A stretch of 64,000 bases of DNA, from assembly GCA_012837925.1 (NCBI GenBank), contig DUQE01000049.1, positions 13,997 through 77,996 of the forward strand, in the 5' to 3' direction. The stretch comes from Bacillota bacterium (lineage in GTDB: Bacteria > Bacillota > Limnochordia > Darwinibacteriales > Darwinibacteriaceae). Below, one piece after another: positions 60,978-64,000 of this stretch (position 1 is the stretch's first letter; each line of letters starts with the position of its first letter). Made by a program: the position numbers and the translations under genes. The notes beneath the pieces were generated by a model, which saw only the letters and a program-made list of their open reading frames with translations, made no database searches and was not told where the DNA came from.

Positions 60978-62402
60978 TTAGGCGTTGTCTCTCTTGGCAG
61001 TCAACCATTCGTGGATAGCCAGGGCGGCACGTTTGCCTGCACCCATGGCACTGATTACGGTCGAGGCACCTGTGGCGATGTCACCACCGGCCCAAACACC
61101 GGGAATGCTCGTAGCGCCTGCTTCGTCAAAGGTGGCAATATTGCCCCACTTGTTGAGCTCCAAGCCGTCCACTCGTGTGGTCAATAATGGGTTTGCACCC
61201 TGTCCTACTGCGACAACTACGGTATCAACCTCCAGCGTGAACAGAGAACCTGGAATCTCAACCGGTCTTCTGCGACCACTACTGTCGGGTTCGCCCAGTT
61301 CCATCCTCACGCACTCCATGGCCCGAACTCGGAACTTCTCGTCACCAACAATACGGGCTGGGTTCGTAAGCAACTGGAACTTGATTCCTTCCTCTTCGGC
61401 GTTTTCAATCTCCTCGAGGCGGGCAGGCATTTCCTCGCGGCTTCTGCGATACACGATATATACTTCCTCGGCCCCCAGACGCCTTGATACACGGGCTGCG
61501 TCCATGGCCACATTACCGGCTCCAACGACCGCAACACGTTTGCCTACCTTAATGGGCGTATCGTACTCAGGGAAGAGATACGCTTTCATCAAGTTCGCTC
61601 TGGTGAGAAATTCGTTGGCACTGTATACTCCATTGAGGTTCTCTCCAGGGATGTTGAGAAAGTATGGCAAACCCGCACCGGTTCCGATGAAGGCTGCGGC
61701 GTACTTTCCAGAACGCAGCATTTCGTTAAAGTCCATGGTAAGTCCCACAGCGACATTGGTGAACACATTGACGCCCAACGATTTCACATACTCGACTTCT
61801 TCATCGACAATTGATTTTGGCAGACGGAACTCAGGGATTCCGTAACGCAGTACTCCTCCCGTATCGTGAAGGGCTTCGAAGATATCAACCTCATAGCCAT
61901 AACCGGCTAGATCGGCACCGCAGGTTAAGCCGGCGGGTCCCGAACCAATAACGGCAATCCGTTCTGGATATTTCTTCTCAGGCTTGGTCGCTTGAGCCCC
62001 TTCATCCCGGGATTTCTTGGCTGCACTGGCCTGGTCTGCTACAAATCGTTCTAACATGCCAATGGCAATCGGCTGTCCCCGTTTGGCCAAGACACAGACT
62101 GCTTCACATTGTGATTCTTGGGGACAAACTCTTCCGCAAACAGCAGGCAGACTGTTCTTTTCTTTAATCTTGGCATCGGCAGCTTCAAACTCCCCTTGCA
62201 CAACAAGCTGAATAAACTCAGGTATGGGAACCTGGACAGGACATCCACTGACACAAGGCTTGTGTTTACAGTTCAAACAACGCTCAGCCTCAGAGATGGC
62301 CATTTCTGGATCGAGCCCCAAAGCTACCTCTATAAAATCAGAACTGCGTTCCTTAGGATCGCGCCTGGGCATCTCAACTCTGTTTCGTTTTGCTGGTATC
62401 AT
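60978..62402 (-). CDS. nfnB: NADH-dependent reduced ferredoxin:NADP+ oxidoreductase subunit B / glutamate synthase small-subunit-like (GltD family)
   Basis: Two N-terminal [4Fe-4S] Cys clusters, then FAD and NAD(P) Rossmann motifs (VAVIGSGPAGL; VAVVGAGNVAMD). Confidence 0.85.
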   Translation of the reverse strand: MIPAKRNRVEMPRRDPKERSSDFIEVALGLDPEMAISEAERCLNCKHKPCVSGCPVQVPIPEFIQLVVQGEFEAADAKIKEKNSLPAVCGRVCPQESQCEAVCVLAKRGQPIAIGMLERFVADQASAAKKSRDEGAQATKPEKKYPERIAVIGSGPAGLTCGADLAGYGYEVDIFEALHDTGGVLRYGIPEFRLPKSIVDEEVEYVKSLGVNVFTNVAVGLTMDFNEMLRSGKYAAAFIGTGAGLPYFLNIPGENLNGVYSANEFLTRANLMKAYLFPEYDTPIKVGKRVAVVGAGNVAMDAARVSRRLGAEEVYIVYRRSREEMPARLEEIENAEEEGIKFQLLTNPARIVGDEKFRVRAMECVRMELGEPDSSGRRRPVEIPGSLFTLEVDTVVVAVGQGANPLLTTRVDGLELNKWGNIATFDEAGATSIPGVWAGGDIATGASTVISAMGAGKRAALAIHEWLTAKRDNA

Positions 62403-63233
62403 TTATACTCGTTCCTCCCCTAAGGTCCGGCATACGTGATCTTCCTCATCCCTATAGTATCCTTGCCGAACCACCAGTTCGTCAAAGTTCACAGCATGTC
62501 CATCAAAGTCAGGACCATCGACACAGGCAAACTTGGTTTCTCCATTGATGGAAACCCGGCAACCTCCACACATGCCAGTTCCGTCGATCATGATCGAGTT
62601 GAGGCTTACAAGGGTGGGCAGATTAAATTCTTTTGTGACCTTGCTGGCTGCTTGCATCATTCGTGCAGGCCCAATGGCAATGGCCATATCGAAGTGTTCG
62701 CCACTCTCCAAACGTTGGCGAAGCGGATCGGTTACCAGACCCTTCATTCCTTCGCTCCCATCGTCTGTCACCAAAATGACCTCGTCACTCAAGCTCCTCA
62801 CTTCATCTTGCAGAATCAACAGATCCTTAGTGCGAGCCCCTAGAATCGATATAATCTCGGCTCCCTTTTTGCGATAGGCGCGAAGTAGTGGCAGCATCGG
62901 TGCAACACCAATTCCACCCATAACAGCAATGATACGGCCCATATCTTTGATTTCAGTGGCCGTGCCCAGGGGACCAAGAACGTCTTTGACATAATCACCA
63001 ACGGGGATGTTGACAAGATCCCGGGTGCTTTTTCCCACCGCTTGAATAATCAGCGTAAGCGTGCCCCGTTCAGGATCATTATCGCAAATGGTCAGAGGTA
63101 TCCTCTCGCCAACATCTGAGACCCGAACAATAACAAAGTTACCGGCTTTCGCCTTTTCCGCCACGAGGGGTGCTTCGACAACCATTCTATAGATATTTTC
63201 TGCCAATAGGTCTTTTTCAAGTACCTTAAACAA
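62403..63233 (-). CDS. nfnA: NfnA / PyrK-like ferredoxin-NADP+ reductase subunit with [2Fe-2S] cluster
   Basis: FAD-binding barrel, NAD-binding domain (VMGGIGVAPM), C-terminal CGGC...C cluster. TTG 63233 with AGGAGG RBS gives MFKVLEKDLL. Confidence 0.8.
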   Translation of the reverse strand: MFKVLEKDLLAENIYRMVVEAPLVAEKAKAGNFVIVRVSDVGERIPLTICDNDPERGTLTLIIQAVGKSTRDLVNIPVGDYVKDVLGPLGTATEIKDMGRIIAVMGGIGVAPMLPLLRAYRKKGAEIISILGARTKDLLILQDEVRSLSDEVILVTDDGSEGMKGLVTDPLRQRLESGEHFDMAIAIGPARMMQAASKVTKEFNLPTLVSLNSIMIDGTGMCGGCRVSINGETKFACVDGPDFDGHAVNFDELVVRQGYYRDEEDHVCRTLGEERV

Positions 63234-63256
63234 TCCCTCCACCTCCTACTGCTATC

Positions 63257-63286
63257 ATTATATTGTATTTCGATCAGGTACTGCAA
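63257..63286 (-). promoter_or_regulatory. Near-consensus sigma-A promoter for nfnAB
   Basis: Minus strand TTGCAG, 18 nt, TATAAT. Confidence 0.45.
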
Positions 63287-63328
63287 CCCCCATAGGCTTT
63301 TCACCACGACTTGTGGATCTTTGCTCGG

Positions 63329-63361
63329 AAATAAAAGAAATGAGACGGGGTATCCCGCCTC
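63329..63361 (-). terminator. Intrinsic terminator after the rSAM/SPASM gene
   Basis: Minus strand GAGGCGGG-aua-CCCCGUCUC (one mismatch) followed by AUUUCUUUUAUUU. Confidence 0.45.
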
Positions 63362-63392
63362 AAATCACCGAGAAACTCTTATATCTGGCCAG

Positions 63393-64000
63393 TTAAATAC
63401 AACTACAGAGTGGGCTCGTACCCAGATAACTGGTGGAATAGCCCATTTGGGGAAAATGTCTGCGTTCTTTACATTCGCGGCTACAGACATATCTGTGGTT
63501 ACAGAACTTGCACCCCAGGACGCAACGGAAAGTCGTGGCACAAAATCTTCGAGTCCTTTCTGACCTTAGGATGCTCTCGAGGGGCTCGTCCAATAGATTC
63601 CCCAAGCAAAATTCATCGTCGTGCAACATGCGACAAGGAAAAACGCTCCCGGTCGCATCAATACTTACGACCATAGTGCCCGCATCACAGAGCGATCCGT
63701 GGATGGTTCCATGGTTGAGACATGCCAAAGCTTGAAGGTCCTCATCCGTTAAGACGTACTCATCAAGCGGAGGTATGTTGGGATTACCTGTTAGAATGTT
63801 AAACACTACGGGAACACCTAGTTCCTCGGCAAACGCTCTGTAAGCATCAATATGACTCGTGTTCTTGCGATGCAAGGTTGGCACCATGGCCACAGGTATC
63901 CCTACACTTTGAATCTGAAGTATCGCCTTAACTGCGTAACGAGTGGAACCTTTGTCTCGTAAGAAATGTGGACCTCGCGTCTCATAGCCATCGATCCCCA
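63393..64000 (-). CDS. Radical SAM / SPASM-domain protein, C-terminal ~200 aa (partial; N-terminus beyond window)
   Basis: The frame is open to the window edge. SPASM hallmarks: C-x12-G-x4-C (CDAGTMVVSIDATGSVFPC), C-L-G-N-L...L-E-S-I, then CATTFRCVLGCKFC and further Cys (CSREC, CSC). Confidence 0.65.
   Translation of the reverse strand, partial: GIDGYETRGPHFLRDKGSTRYAVKAILQIQSVGIPVAMVPTLHRKNTSHIDAYRAFAEELGVPVVFNILTGNPNIPPLDEYVLTDEDLQALACLNHGTIHGSLCDAGTMVVSIDATGSVFPCRMLHDDEFCLGNLLDEPLESILRSERTRRFCATTFRCVLGCKFCNHRYVCSRECKERRHFPQMGYSTSYLGTSPLCSCI

Noticed and set aside
60985-61845. 286-aa plus-strand ORF inside nfnB
   Set aside because: Ser/Pro/Ala/Thr-rich low-complexity translation with no start context, opposite a strongly supported GltD-like gene. 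It is a shadow ORF. The same applies to the many 60-150-aa overlapping ORFs in the track, for example 44751..45377, 13411..13836 and 40232..40735.

Overview
This 64 kb window reads as a core chromosomal segment of a moderately GC-rich (~55%) Firmicutes/Clostridia-like bacterium. About 90% of genes sit on the minus strand (306..21924 and 23416..50312 without interruption).

Left to right:
- An overlapping NarL-type histidine kinase/response-regulator pair, then secG.
- A beta-glucoside-type sugar island between secG and eno: GH1 beta-glucosidase, secreted MBL-fold hydrolase, CUT1 ABC permeases plus binding protein, and an AraR-like regulator.
- The Bacillus-type central glycolytic operon cggR-gap-pgk-tpiA-gpmI-eno, followed by whiA, a VanW-like gene, yvcK, nagB and nagA.
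- A plus-strand island with an amino-acid ABC binding protein and permease but no ATPase.
- A long minus-strand array: dnaI-like and dnaD-like loader pair, an exported hypothetical, alr, nnr, acpS, glmM, cdaR, cdaA, a class V aminotransferase, cwlD-like amidase, an MTS-domain methyltransferase, a TPR protein, deoC, glpP, glpK, 5-formyl-THF cyclo-ligase, an M16 peptidase pair, addA, addB (Walker-A-less), a Cof phosphatase and a Ski2/HelY-like helicase.
- A plus-strand selO-nfu-queG island.
- An rnhA-coupled hypothetical, a zinc-ribbon membrane protein with a binding-protein-like ectodomain, lemA-TPM, a flavin reductase, yigZ, tex and nfnAB.
- At the right edge, the 3' part of a radical-SAM/SPASM-domain gene.

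I found no transposase, integrase, CRISPR array, tRNA/rRNA or recognisable defence operon. Most of the window is housekeeping, and I could not support a clearly novel multi-gene system from the sequence alone. The candidates most worth a second look are the truncated rSAM/SPASM gene, the orphan zinc-ribbon/TM/binding-protein-like protein, the rnhA-coupled 448-aa hypothetical, the dnaD/dnaI-like pair at the end of the cdaA-alr operon, and regulatory RNA/DNA elements: the gap-pgk hairpin, the CggR operator-like repeats, and several intrinsic terminators and sigma-A-like promoters.

Gene starts were re-derived where an in-frame RBS-supported start lies inside the ORF-track call. All functional assignments rest on motif and family recognition from the translated sequence, not on database searches.
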